From contig NC_042997.1 of NCBI RefSeq assembly GCF_006345805.1, positions 70,680,001 to 70,744,000 on the forward strand: DNA of 64,000 nucleotides. Reading direction: 5' to 3'. The notes below the pieces were generated by a model that ran no database searches, was not told where the DNA came from, and worked only from the letters and a program-made list of their open reading frames with translations. Source of the DNA: Octopus sinensis (Eukaryota). Positions within the stretch are counted from its first letter, which is position 1, and the number at the start of each line of letters is the position of its first letter. The position numbers and the translations under genes were made by a program. Positions 50,914 to 63,514 of this stretch are shown one piece after another.

Positions 50914-51221
50914 GTATATATGTGTGTGTGTATGTATGTATATATAAATATATATATATGTATGTATGTATATATATACATGCATACCTATCGAAAAATA
51001 AGTATTTTCTACACAGTTAGAAATAGAACGAAATGAAGCTAAATGTGAGAGAGAATATATTATAGTAGTTTGAAAATGGAATATAGATATTTTCAAATTT
51101 ACTTAGCTTGTATTATCATTCAATAAGCTTGCAATCCATCTATAACACTTAGCTTCCCTTCACAGTTTACTATGAATATTGAGTGCCTGACTGTGGCACA
51201 GCGCATTAAACACCAGAGTTT

Positions 51222-51286
<65 letters not shown>

Positions 51287-51772
51287 TGAAAAAAAACAGT
51301 TTTATTCCGTACTATCATTATGTTCATGAGAAAGCCTGTACCATAATATCAGAAAGAATATGATTTCATTTAGAACGATTCCGGCCTATTTATTTCTACA
51401 ATGGAATCTGAGCGACATAAAACACAGCATGAGCGATATGCAGTTGAACAGAGAAATAGAGAGCGTGGTTAAATGGCTTGTAATTCATTGCTTTGAACAA
51501 AATATTGGTTTTAAATTTTGGTACAGGACCAGCGATCTTAAAGGGACAGGTAAGATTCTGGCTTATCGCTGCCATGCTTAGGCAGAAAATGTTTTCTTAT
51601 TGTAAAATTCCTTTTTAAAGTAACTCTCTATATAGCCAGTTGGTTTCCTGAAATGAGTAGCAAGTTATTCATGTAACCTACTGTTTTAAAGAAGATAAAT
51701 ATAATGGATAAGAATGATAAACATATGCAAGTATATCTAAAAAGACTAGACAAGGGGAAGGTGCAAAAACGT

Positions 51773-51910
51773 GTACCTCAACGTAATATTTATGTAGACT
51801 CATCGTGACACGGTATCTTGTGACTGTACCTCAACGTAATATTTATGACTTGTGACTGTACCTCAACGTAATATTTATGTAGACTCATCGTGACACGGTA
51901 TCTTGTGACT
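51773..51910. repeat. Local tandem array 53-32-53 bp
   Basis: Units start at 51773, 51826 and 51858. The 53-mers are identical; the middle unit is an internally deleted version. Confidence 0.92.
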
Positions 51911-53639
51911 GTGACAAAGTTGTAGGTTTGAATGCAGGCACAACCCCTCTGATGGTCACCCAACCAATTTCTTTTTTATCTAATTTCAATCAGAACAGAT
52001 GAGTCGAACCGACAACCAGGGTAAAAAGCACTTCCCAAATATACGGTTGGATCGAAATGGGACTGCTTGCTTACCAAACGAGTTTTTTAATCACTTCGTC
52101 ATTGCGAGTCCATAACTTGTGCTACGCAACAACGAATATAAGTGGATGGGTATGTGCGATAATGTGAAACAAGTTATAGATTAACGAACGTGAAGGCTTC
52201 TACTCAACTGACCTGCTAGAAGCAGTAGCTAAGTCTAACACATAAGTTTCGTTCAAATCATAAACTACTGCCTTAGATAAATGGTGAAAAAGACAGATTC
52301 TACAATCTTAAAGTCTCTAAGACATTAAAAATTCTTTTACAAAACGTAAATTATCCTAGTTTTCAGTCTCATGGCAAATCTCCACTCAAGTACTCGCTTG
52401 TTCCTTTCATTAATTCCGAATAAAATGATGTCGGTGAATGTTAATAACGTTTCTCAAGTTGTGGTATCAGGTCCTGGTGACACCTTTGATACTAGTGAGT
52501 CTTATCTATTTCATCTGATTGCATCTCCAGAATATTTTCATATATAAAGTCCACTTTAGAATATACGACTATACTTTCTCACTGAACAGCTGGTGAAGAA
52601 GACACTATATTTTATGTCTTTCGCCTATCTGATAAACATACCTAAGTTCGTTCCCGTAAGGTACAGTATCTGTTCTTCAACAGAATATTAAATAAGCCCT
52701 GTCTTAACGTATTACATTGTATATAAATTTACTATCAATACATTGTAAAAGAAAATAAAAATAACAAAAGGAACCTTTACGGTACTCGTTTTATAAATGT
52801 TTCATTCACATTTTTTCTTTCTTACTCTTTTTTGAAGCATAAATTCATAGGTCTTCGTAACATTCATTCATTGCTAATAATACCCATTATATATTTAACT
52901 TCGTTCTTTAGTTTCAAATGAAGAAAGTAGCTTCAAATTCGAACTTATGGCAGAAGAAATATTATAGTTAACAATGATTTCTAATTCAGACAATGTCGTA
53001 CCTCTGAGGCCAAAGGCATTAGCGATTCTATCAGCGTAATTTGCTCACTGGTACCTATCATATTGACCTATAAATGAAGTTGATTCCAGCTTAGCATAGA
53101 TTCGACCTCTGCATGTAATGAGACACAACCGAATATCGCAAGGCATGTTCTCCTCCATCATGTAATAAAATTGATATTGGTTATTTTTACATTAACACAG
53201 GTTCACATATATTTAACGAATGGAAGTATCCAGTAATACACGCACACACGCAAACACACACACACACACATGAGTATGTGTGTGTGAGTGTGTACATATG
53301 TGTACATTATATATGTGAGTGTGTTTCAACATACATTGAATGTATGTGTGGTGGTGAGTGTGTGCATGTGTGTATGTTTCTGTATGCAAGTGTACATGAA
53401 TGGCTTCTGTGAAGTATTTTTACCTGTCCTCTCAAAATCAACATTCCTGCGGTTTGTTTACCAGGATCTAATTTAAGACAAACAAGTTGTGTATTTATTT
53501 TATTACCATTGTTTATTGGGAAAGACAGTGGTGCTTGTGATTATATTTAACGAGGAAATTTCGGAACAGATGCAATAGAGTTATAATTGAAACAAACAGA
53601 CATACATAGACCATCACACACTTGAAACTTATTTCTCTC

Positions 53640-53669
53640 ATTCTCTCTCTCTCTCTTTCTCTTTCTCTT

Positions 53670-53715
<46 letters not shown>

Positions 53716-53742
53716 TCTCTCCCTCTCTCACTTTCTCTCTCA
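53640..53742. repeat. (CT)n microsatellite
   Basis: Direct inspection. Confidence 0.95.
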
Positions 53743-54057
53743 CTATCTATCTGCCGATCTTCCTACCTGTTTATCTGCTTGTCTCTTCTTTTCTGCAAGT
53801 GTGTATTTGTGTATGTTTGCGTGAGTTTAAGAGAGTGTATAGGCGAGATTGTCAGTGTATTTTAGTTGTATCCAATTAAAAAGACTTAAGTATTAATTTC
53901 GCTCTCGCTTTTCCCCTCTCGATCTTTGTCTTGCTTCACACCCACACTCACACACAAACGTGTGTGTGTGTTACGTATATGTATATGTGTGTGTAGTGAA
54001 TATGTATACATAGAATGTGTATATATGTATATATATTATATATATATATGTATGTAT

Positions 54058-54059
<2 letters not shown>

Positions 54060-54094
<35 letters not shown>

Positions 54095-54169
54095 GAGAGA
54101 ATGACAGAGAAAGAGAGAGTGAGAGATAGCAGACATATAGACAGACGGATAGACAGATAGATAGATTGT

Positions 54170-54206
<37 letters not shown>
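54060..54206. repeat. (GA)n to (AGAC)/(AGAT)n compound microsatellite
   Basis: Direct inspection. Confidence 0.93.
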
Positions 54207-54207
<1 letters not shown>

Positions 54208-54410
54208 CTTACATATATACATACATTCATACATGCTTATATAAATAAATAGATTGATTCTATATTTAATTTAATTTAATTCAAACAATGTATTTAAAAC
54301 AATTTTATATATATATACATATATATACATAAACACACACACACTTATATGTATGTGTACAATGTGTACACACATTCATATATGTGAGAGGCTGGTGTAC
54401 ATGGTTTTAT

Positions 54411-54441
<31 letters not shown>

Positions 54442-55434
54442 GAGAAAAGACAAAATATGAACCAAATTAGCTTTTATAGAATCAAACTGAAGAGTAAATC
54501 AACACTCTTGAAAACTTTTCTAAAATATATAAATTAAGTAACAAGAATTTAGTAGGAAGTAAAAGAAATAATAAATTTGGAGAAAATAAATTTGAAATGA
54601 TTAGAGGAAACACAAGAATTCAAAATTAAATACGCTTCAAAAAAAACTGCAAGAGTTTGAAACTGAAACTAATTCCCCATGCTTGTTATATATACTATTT
54701 TCTGTATATTTTCTTTCCTATTTCTTCCTTTCTAAAAATAGTAAAGTGTTTTACTCTAAAATGTGTTAAATTTAGGTGGCAATGACCAATTAGAAAGTAT
54801 GTTTTTTTATGCAAATGATTACAATATGAGAAAAAATAAATGTTGAAATAAATTCAAATCATAACCGAATTCTTTATAAAATATTTTGCAAATTAAATAA
54901 AGATTTCAAAAAATTAACAAGAGCTGATATTAGTGAAAGAACTTCTGTTTAGGGCGGCGTGTTGCCATTTTTAGGGTAATTAGTGGTTTTCACCCAGAAT
55001 ATTGTCGATAACCTGCGGTGTTTATTTTATTACAAAAGTCGGCGAAGCATTCCTTAAAAGAATGATATCAAATGTGCTTTATTCATGCTGATGTCTGTTG
55101 TTGATTTATTATTATATTTCAAAATGTCGTTTTAGTCTTCTGTTTCATCCTCTCTTCATTGATTTTTTTGTTCATATTTTAAAAAATGATGTTTTTTCAT
55201 TTAGTTTTCCTTTTGTTCAATCATTTTATTGCATTTCTTTCATTTTATTTCTTTGTTATTTTGTGTTTTCTTTGTGTTCAGGTCTTAAACACAATAATTA
55301 TTGTGTGAAATTTATTCAATATTTATTCGATTGGGGACTGTGTTGAGTAGCCCACCGATCTCTCTGTCTATCTCTCCACCTTTCTTACTTTCTCCGTCTG
55401 TCTCTGTGTGTCTGTCTGTCTGTCTTTCTGTCTG

Positions 55435-55472
<38 letters not shown>

Positions 55473-56819
55473 ATGTACCATAAGAGTACGGTTTGAGGTT
55501 TTGTGTCTCAGATCGCGTGATTTTGTTACACATCTTTTCTATCATTCTACCATTTTACACTTCTTCATATTATACATTTTATTCGATATAGCTTGTATTT
55601 TAGAAAAAGACAGATTTAAAGCACTACTTAAAAGCTTGTTATTGAAGACATAATGGAAATATTTTTGATGAAGTTACTTATCAGCGTATAATACTATATA
55701 AATCAGTAGAAACTGAATGCCAGTAAATGGTTTAGTGGTAAATCATTTGATTAAGCATTAATATTTAATAATAACAATTGTCTGTCATCAAAATGTATTA
55801 ACAATACACAAAGAGAAATAGAATTATATTATTCTGCTATTCACTCACCTTGCTATTTATTCTCCCGTTTGGCATTATATTTATTAAAGTCTGTTTGAAT
55901 TGTATAGAATTCCATGCCTAAGGTGGATGACGAAAGAAATACATTTATTATAAAAGGATTACTAATACTTTTCTTGGTATCTTAGTAAAATTAGAATAGT
56001 AATTTGTACATTGATTCACAATGCGTTGCATTCATGTTAGTTCTCATTTTCTTTTTTTTTGTTTACATTATAAATGAAAAAAAATCTACGCGTGCTTCCC
56101 CTTAAATCTAAAAAAATTAACGCTGTATTTCAAAGGAAAACACCATAGAGATTGCATACATTCCGCCATTTTAAGAGTACAAAAGATATTCATAGTCACT
56201 CATATAAAAACACAAGTACACACGAATGTATACATAAATATAGAAACATACATGTGTACACGTATATTTGGTTAATAGTTTCATTTTTCAATCACGGAGT
56301 TTCTGCGTTCGTTTCGAATGCGAAACCAAGTGCTTTCTTCATTAGCATCTCCTTCGGTATTCAGAGATTTTATTTTATCTCTTTCAGATAAACTGTACTT
56401 ATCTTTCAAATATCTAGCTTCACGGAGGTGACTTCGGAATACCAAATTATGCTTCAGCGCAACATACGAGAAACTCTATTAATCTAAATATTAAAAAGAA
56501 AAACTAGTGTTCAAAGGTCCTTTCGATCCGTAGGAACATAAGGCCGGCTTCCCAGATTCTCTGCATGTGTAACCTCTGGATGGAACATCGCTCTGTTGAA
56601 ATATTATTCGATTTGCTTGCTGAGCGGACTGAAGCTACATGAAATGAAGTATTTTGTTAAATAACTCGTCTCATTCTTCAGTCCATGAATCGAAACAACA
56701 ATCTTATGATAAAAATCTCTGCAATCTCTGTCTACACTTTCACAAGCGTCTTTTTTCGTGTACATCGCTTGTTTCCATCATCTCCAGAAATTTACGTCGT
56801 ACGACGCTGAAAGATCCCT

Positions 56820-57265
56820 CCCTAGCAGGGGATCTCAGTTTAACCTCTAACTTAGTGAAATTTTCCCCATCTACCGGTATCTTAGTGAATTCCGAGAATA
56901 TGCAGTCGGACATAACTTAAGGCCTTGTTCTACAACAGATGTTCAAATCTTTCGACCGAGGATAACTTCCTCAACCTCAAAAAGCACAACTCTAAGTGGA
57001 AACCAAGCCTGGCCCTATTTCACTCGGTCGATTCCTTTGTCAACATATGCCGTTTCGATATACACGTCGTCAATTTCATCAGGCGATTAAAGAGATCGAT
57101 TCTTAGATCTTCTCGTCCTCCACAATCTTCGCAAACAATGAGATATTGTTATCAAGCCGGTGGACCACGTGGTGTCCACATAGTTTAGCGTAGTGACCAC
57201 TTCAGGCATGAAGCATTCTGCCAAATCAAGGACTCTCATTTCTAGAGCAATATATCAAGACCTAT
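56820..57265 (+). pseudogene. Old Penelope-like element N-terminal (pre-RT) remnant, different family from 18.6 kb
   Basis: SRG-LSL.. *LKALFYN..NLKKHNSKWKPSLALFHSVDSFVNICRFDI..; LRKQ*DIVIKPVD..RSDHFRHEAFCQIKDSHF resembles PLE LSKGLKF..RLKAFF..SKWTP..LD.FI..CR.DI..LR.N.DIVIKPADKGG..EA.RQLSD..FY. Confidence 0.6.
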
Positions 57266-57274
57266 AACTTCAGG

Positions 57275-57343
57275 GTTGGGGTCAAGTTGATTACATCAAC
57301 ACCAGTGTTCAGCTGGTGTTGATGTATGGAAGTTGTATATAAG

Positions 57344-57381
<38 letters not shown>

Positions 57382-57507
57382 ATATATAATAAGTATGAAA
57401 GTTAAAGTTGAGCCCGATGGCATTTGAACTCAGAACGTAAAGACGTACAGAGGAAGTGCTGCTAAGCATTTTGCCCGATGTGCCAATGATTTCACCAGCT
57501 CAGCGCC
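57275..57507 (-). mobile_element. tRNA-SINE family B (interrupted by (TA)n), head-to-head with the next copy
   Basis: gcatttgaactcagaacgtaaagacg..ctaagcattttgcccgatgtgccaatgatttcaccagctcagcgcc. Confidence 0.75.
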
Positions 57508-57533
57508 GTATAGCTACTAATAATGTATCGTAA

Positions 57534-57755
57534 GTCGGCGAGCTGGTAGAATCGATAGTACACCGGGCAAAATGCTTAGCAACATTTCATCCGTACGTCT
57601 TTAGGACCTGAGCTGAAATTGCAAAGGGGTCGACTTTACCTTTCATCATTTCAGTGTCGTTAAAATAAGTACTAAATGATTACTGAGGTCCAGGTAATCG
57701 ACTTACCCCACTCCCAAAATTGGTGGTCTTGTGGACAATTTAGAAACCAATATTA
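57534..57755 (+). mobile_element. tRNA-SINE family B
   Basis: gtcggcgagctggtagaatcgatagtacaccgggcaaaatgcttagc..ggggtcgactttacctttcatc..taaaataagtac..taatcgacttacccc. Confidence 0.85.
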
Positions 57756-58129
57756 ATATATCGTTTTGTTATTCTTTTACTCTTTTATTCTCCCACTTGT
57801 TTCAGTCATTTTGATTGCGGTCATGTTGGAGCAATCAAGTCAAATGGTTCTCAGATCATTCTCTAGTTTGCCAAAACCGAAAATATTCACTGAAAAATGT
57901 CACCATAGATTTTATATGAATGATAAACGCACGTTTAATATTAGATTATAATTAATCATAACTTTGATTTGAAGAAACACCAAACCAAACACTATCAGAT
58001 AATGGCGGAAAGAACTTGAGAAAATATATACGCGCATATATATATTTATCAATGTTTAGCAGAGGTAAGAGAGTGACTCAAGAGATGAGAATTTCTTGCG
58101 TCAGTACATATCAAACTGTTAATAAAACC

Positions 58130-58131
58130 TA

Positions 58132-58225
<94 letters not shown>
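58130..58225. repeat. (TCTA)n microsatellite
   Basis: Direct inspection. Confidence 0.97.
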
Positions 58226-58226
<1 letters not shown>

Positions 58227-58249
58227 ACACACACACACACACACTTTTA

Positions 58250-58392
58250 TTCTTTTATTCTTTTACTTGTTTCAGTCATTTGACTGAGGCCATGCTGGAG
58301 CACCGCCTTTAGTCGAGCAAATCGACCCCCAGGACTTATTCTTTGTAAGCCTAGTACTTATTCTATCGGTCTCTCTTGCCGAACCGCTAAGT
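58250..58392 (-). mobile_element. tRNA-SINE family A, 3' end, little diverged
   Basis: ttcttttacttgtttcagtcatttgactgaggccatgctggagcaccgcctttagtcgagcaaatcgacccccaggacttattctttgtaagcctagtacttattctatcggtctctcttgccgaaccgctaagt. Confidence 0.9.
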
Positions 58393-58444
58393 GATATATA
58401 TATACAAATATGTATGCATATCTATCTATCTAGCTCGCTAGCTA

Positions 58445-59160
58445 CACCCTAATTGACAGACATTACCCAGCTCAACTCATAGAGGATGGGATCAGACGTG
58501 CAACAGAAATCAACATAGAAACTTTAAGAAAGTTCAACACAACAACACACCTTCCCAAAATACTACCTTACATATCTACATACAACCCCAAAACAAAGAA
58601 GCCTTCACCATCATCACCCAGAATTTACCAATACTTCATAAAAACCCAAAATTAAAGGAAATTCTAACATACACCAAATCATTAAAAGCTACAAACAGCC
58701 TAAATCACTTAAACAGATTCTCACAAAGGCAAAATTGTCTTCTAAAATTACGGATGCAAAAGTTAAAAAATGTGGTAGATCGAACTGTGCAACATGTCCT
58801 AACCTATTGGAAGGATCAGAATTCTTCTTTAAAGAGGACAGAAATTAAGATCAAATCTAACTTTACTTGTGCCTCTGAAAACATAATTTATGTTATTAAA
58901 TGCTCGGGCTGCCACCAGACTACGGGTTCCACGGGACTATCACTCAGGCGCAGATGCACACTGCATCGACAACAGATTGCATTCCCAGAATATAGAATGA
59001 TACCTTTTAGTGAGCACATCGAGAAATGCGCAAAGCAACTACTGCCACAATTTTTAATCTTCCCATTTTACCAATGTGCTTTCGATCATCAACACAAATG
59101 AGACTGAACAAGAAACATTCATTCTTCATTGAAAAAACAAACCCAGACTCAACCATCCGA
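58445..59160 (+). pseudogene. 5'-truncated Penelope-like element (thumb, linker and GIY-YIG), relative of the 18.6-kb copy
   Basis: ILPYISTYNP..AFTIITQNLPIL; QPKSLKQILTKAKL; KCGRSNCATCPNLLEGSEF; KIKSNFTCASENIIYVIKCSGC..TGLSLRRRCTLHRQQI..SEHIEKCA..FLIFPFYQC. Confidence 0.88.
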
Positions 59161-59759
59161 ACATACTGACACAGAGATATTACAAGGAAATGGGAAAAAA
59201 AAAAAAAAAAAAAAATTTTTTAAGCGATTATCTCCCCTACACCGGAAAAAATCACTCACTACCTCCCCTATTTAGAAATCTCCTGGAAATAAAAACAACG
59301 ATATTTCCATACAATATAAACATAACGTCACAAGAAAATTGAAAGCTACACGCGAAACCGGTAATTTCTTTAAAATTTTAAAATTATGTCATTTTAAGGA
59401 AAGGAAAAAAATTTTTCCAATATTCTCCAGACATTTTGACACAAATATATATTTTTTAACATTTAAGCCTTCTGTCGTTTTTTCACACTTTACTATTTCT
59501 TATATATTCACCCACGTGCTTTACCAAACAAACTTTCTTATCTATATATATATATATATACATATATATAGTCAATTCGATGGAGTTATAACCTCGTCAG
59601 GATTATGTAATCCAAGAAATTCAACTGGTTAATCCCTATCTTATAATGCGAAAGTCACTTGCATATGTTAGGGCTTATTGTAATTATATATATTAGTAGC
59701 AGAGATGATTTCAGATTAAGAATTCTGATGACGGTTCTTTCCCTGTTTACAAACCTTAA

Positions 59760-60110
59760 TGAAAATCCTAATCATGACATATTTATCCCATACTATTCAT
59801 CTGCATGCCCATATTCCAAAATCCAAATCTTATAAAACCTATTCAAAGGCTTTTGCTCCTGAAAAATGGAGCACATGGAGCTCTCAAATGTGGGAGTTAA
59901 GACCCCTAAGAGGGGAAGGGGTCTTAAAGTCAGCGATAGAAGTTGAATTGTTGGGAATCTTTTTTAACTTGGGTCTTATAATCTATTGTTCAAATTTCTT
60001 TGAAATAAAAAGTAAATGAATGTTTACTTGGTTTATAAAAGAGAGCAAAGCTAGAGGAGATCAAGAGACGAATGTTGACAATAAGCAGTCACCTATCCAA
60101 CCCAAGATGT
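59760..60110 (-). pseudogene. Possible very old CR1/L2-type RT fragment
   Basis: Minus-strand frame SPLALLSFINQVN..IIRPKLKKIPNNSTSIADFK..AKAFE*VL loosely resembles RT domains 0-2. Weak. Confidence 0.25.
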
Positions 60111-60124
60111 TACCACTCCATTCA

Positions 60125-60300
60125 GTAAATTAGGTCCATGAAATTGTATGAAACATACGGCATTAGCTTTCTCCCTAGGTTTGAATTTCTTGTTCCAAAT
60201 TTCATTAGGATCGGTGCAGTAGTTTTCGAGTCTATAAATAACCTACGAGAACGCAGGAAGACATTGACTTTATATGTGTGTGTATCATATATACACACAT
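60125..60300 (-). mobile_element. Helitron-like non-autonomous element, 5' portion
   Basis: ccaaatttcattaggatcggtgcagtagttttcgagtctata..gacattgactttatatgtgtg. Confidence 0.45.
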
Positions 60301-60424
60301 ACGGAGATAGATTGATAGATACAATTGAGTGGGGAAACAATGATATGAAACACTGCCTTGAAGGACTTTTTGTCGAATGAATCGACCCCACTGCTTTTTA
60401 TTTATTTTGATAAGCCTGGTCTTT

Positions 60425-60610
60425 TTGTGAAAACAGTAAGTTATGGGGATGTAAATAAACCTATACCAGTTGTCATGCAGTGATGAGGGCGAAACACACA
60501 CATACACGTATATATACGTATATATACGATTGATTTCTTTAAGTTTTTGTCCACCAAATCCACTCACAAGGCTTCCGTTAGTCAGAGGCTATAGCAGAAG
60601 ACACATGCCA
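60425..60610 (-). mobile_element. tRNA-SINE family A, degenerate
   Basis: taagttatggggatgtaaataaacc..gttgtcatgcagtgatg..ccaccaaatccactcacaaggcttccgttagtcagaggctatagcagaagacac. Confidence 0.7.
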
Positions 60611-60839
60611 AGTTACACATATATCTGTGTATGTATTTATGTGTGTATATGTATATATATATGCATATTTATATATATATATAAATATATATATGCATGT
60701 ATATCTGTATATATATATTTGTACATATTACATATTCATCCATATATATATATATTATATATATACATGTATATACAGTGGTGTCGAATGGACGCCTGAC
60801 GGACTGGTCGGTCAAGGTGATCAAGGTGATACATAATAT

Positions 60840-60994
60840 ATGCGCAGGACTGGCTGTGTGGTAAGTAGCTTGCTTACATGGTTCTGAGTTCAGTCTTACT
60901 GTGTGGCACATTGAGCAAGTGTCATCTAATATATCCTCGAGCCGATGGAAGTCGTGTGAGTGAATTTGGTAGACGGAAACCGAAAAAAGCCCGT

Positions 60995-61034
<40 letters not shown>

Positions 61035-61255
61035 GATATTTATATATATAAGTGTGTGTGTATGTTTGCATGTCTGTATTTGTCTCCCGCAACATCGCTG
61101 GACAACCGATGGTGGTTTGTTTACATCCCCGTAACCTAGCGGTTCAGCAAAAGATACCGATACAATAAGTACTTGGCTTACAAAGAATAAGTCATGGGCA
61201 GTGTTCCAGCACGTCCGCAGTGAAATAATTGAAACAAGTAAAATAAAAGAATAAA
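60840..61255 (+). mobile_element. tRNA-SINE family A, full length, with internal (TA)n(TG)n tract
   Basis: gcgcaggactggctgtgtggtaagtagcttgc..gagttcagtc..ggtagacggaaaccgaaaaaagcccgtc [TA/TG] tttgtctcccgcaacatcgctggacaaccgatg..gaaacaagtaaaataaaagaata. Confidence 0.85.
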
Positions 61256-61522
61256 ATAATATATACATATTCATGCATGTTTGTACAAATATATACATGA
61301 GATAGTAGTTTCACTTTAATAGCTTCAGTATTAATAGTGAAACTATTAAACTGAAGGTTTTGGCTCGCATTAGGCAAGAAGTTGAAAATTTTCTTTTAAA
61401 AGCAATACAATACAAATAAATTAATTAGAAGTTGTAAAGCTAAAAAAGAATACACACACACACATATATATATGTATATTTATATATACATATACATCTA
61501 TATGTATATATATACATATATA

Positions 61523-61566
<44 letters not shown>

Positions 61567-62458
61567 GCATATATATGTATATATATACATATATATATGC
61601 ACATATGCATATTATATATATATATACTCATATATAGTGATATGCGTAAGTGTGAGAGATAGAGTGTGAGAGAGTGAGAAAGTGAAAACCAGAGGAGTGA
61701 GAGAAGAGAGGGATGAAAATATGCACGTGGCTTTTACACTTACTACGACGAAAACAATGATTGTGAAATTCCTTGCGTTTCTTTGTGCAGGTGAGAGCCA
61801 ATATGGAGTATGTACAATTAGGAGGTTGCTAAAAGCCTTCAAGAAAATTCCTTGATTGAAGTCAACAAAAGCCTGGCGACTATTGCATTGATATAATATG
61901 AGTACTTCTGACATGTCTTATACTAAGACAAGGTGTTAACCTTGTCACTACTTATGCTCTTGTGTACGTGGGTGTTTTGTGTTCTGTACATATGTGTCTA
62001 TTTGCTTGTCCGTTTTCTGTGCATGTGATAGAATGCATGTCTCCGTGTATGTCACTCGTATGACAAAAGCGTGTCCAGCTGAATATAATGTATATGATTG
62101 ACATTTGAAGAATATTTCGGGTCAGCTTCCGTGTTTCCTTTGTGTGTGTATTGTCTGTCCAACGCACTGGTAATCATATGGAGAATGGGTTCGCAGATCA
62201 GAGGTTTGACCAGAGAAGCAACCGCCATCACCCGTCTGACAAACATGATAAGTCAATGAGATTGCTAATACCATTCCTTGATTTTAATGATGAGTATGAA
62301 TGTAAGTGATTTAATATTGGCCGAATTGACTATATGGAATGTACTTACACGTCAGATCTGCATGGATTAAAGAATGAAAATTTTACACGATAGTCTCTCT
62401 ACCTCTCTCTACCTCTCACACTCTCTCATTCACTCTCTCTTATGTACAAACACACACA

Positions 62459-62518
<60 letters not shown>

Positions 62519-62584
62519 GCATGTATGGGTAAATGCTTATAAGAGCATATAGGCATATGTGTGTGTGTGTGTATTTGTATATGC

Positions 62585-62617
<33 letters not shown>

Positions 62618-62713
62618 ATAAATAAAGATAACATTGATAGTCATATTTAGATACCGATTTTTTCAGGTGGCCAGCATGGGAATAAAAACCGTCAAAGGTA
62701 ATAATTATTTAGA

Positions 62714-62913
62714 TTATAATTTAGGGTATCTAAGATATACCCCCATGCTGGAAATAGCAGTCAAAACTTGACTCTAAAACCACATTAAATGTTCATACAG
62801 TACTGGGAGAGAAGACAAAGTGACAAAATAAACTAACAAAAAGTTCCAAGTCCCGGATTTCTGGCTTTTAATAAGAAATGCTTTGCCTTCATCAGTGGAA
62901 TACACATATATGC

Positions 62914-62979
<66 letters not shown>

Positions 62980-62981
62980 GT

Positions 62982-63012
<31 letters not shown>

Positions 63013-63409
63013 CGATATATTTACGTATACGAACGTATACAAGCATATATATGCATGTATGAACACGACTGGTTTAAATTGCCCCGCTAAAACTTATTTC
63101 GTCATTATATTCACTGCGGTGGTGTTCTGACTATATCGTACGAGGAGTTTTAAGGTGGGGAATTTAAGCTGGTCGTAAGTATATCGTTTATTTGTGCTAT
63201 CTAAGTGTATTCCACTGATGAAAGCAAAGCATTTCTTATGCAATGCCAGAATATCTGGGATCTGAAATTATCCAGTAATTTTTTCCTGGTTTATTTCGTC
63301 TCTTTGTCTTCTCTTTTGGTGCTGTATGAACATTTAACGGGGTTTTAGAGTTAAGTTTTGACTGCTATTTCCAGTGTTGTGGTATCTCTTAGAAACCCTA
63401 AATTATAAT
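62714..63409. mobile_element. Diverged head-to-head pair of a third PLE-type terminal unit, each arm with a degenerate hammerhead
   Basis: 62714-62905 versus the reverse complement of 63205-63409 is about 85% identical by eye. Minus arm: ucca-CUGAUGA-A-ggc..gcc-a-GAAA-UCCGGGAC-uugga (62899-62845). Plus arm: ucca-CUGAUGA(63215-21)..gcca-GAAUA-UCUGGGAUC-ugaa. Confidence 0.75.
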
Positions 63410-63458
63410 TTTACATATACATGTAGATAGGTATGGATATAGATAAATATATATATAT

Positions 63459-63514
<56 letters not shown>

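Noticed and set aside
51773-51910. CRISPR-like repeat-spacer appearance (also 43479-43682)
   Set aside because: The spacers are identical or are (TA)n, there are too few units, no cas genes are present, and the context is eukaryotic.
59725-59755. Half hammerhead CUGAUGA-C-gguu..aacc downstream of the 58.4-kb PLE
   Set aside because: No GAAA, helix III or NUH follows. It may be a truncated pseudo-LTR but cannot be called a ribozyme.
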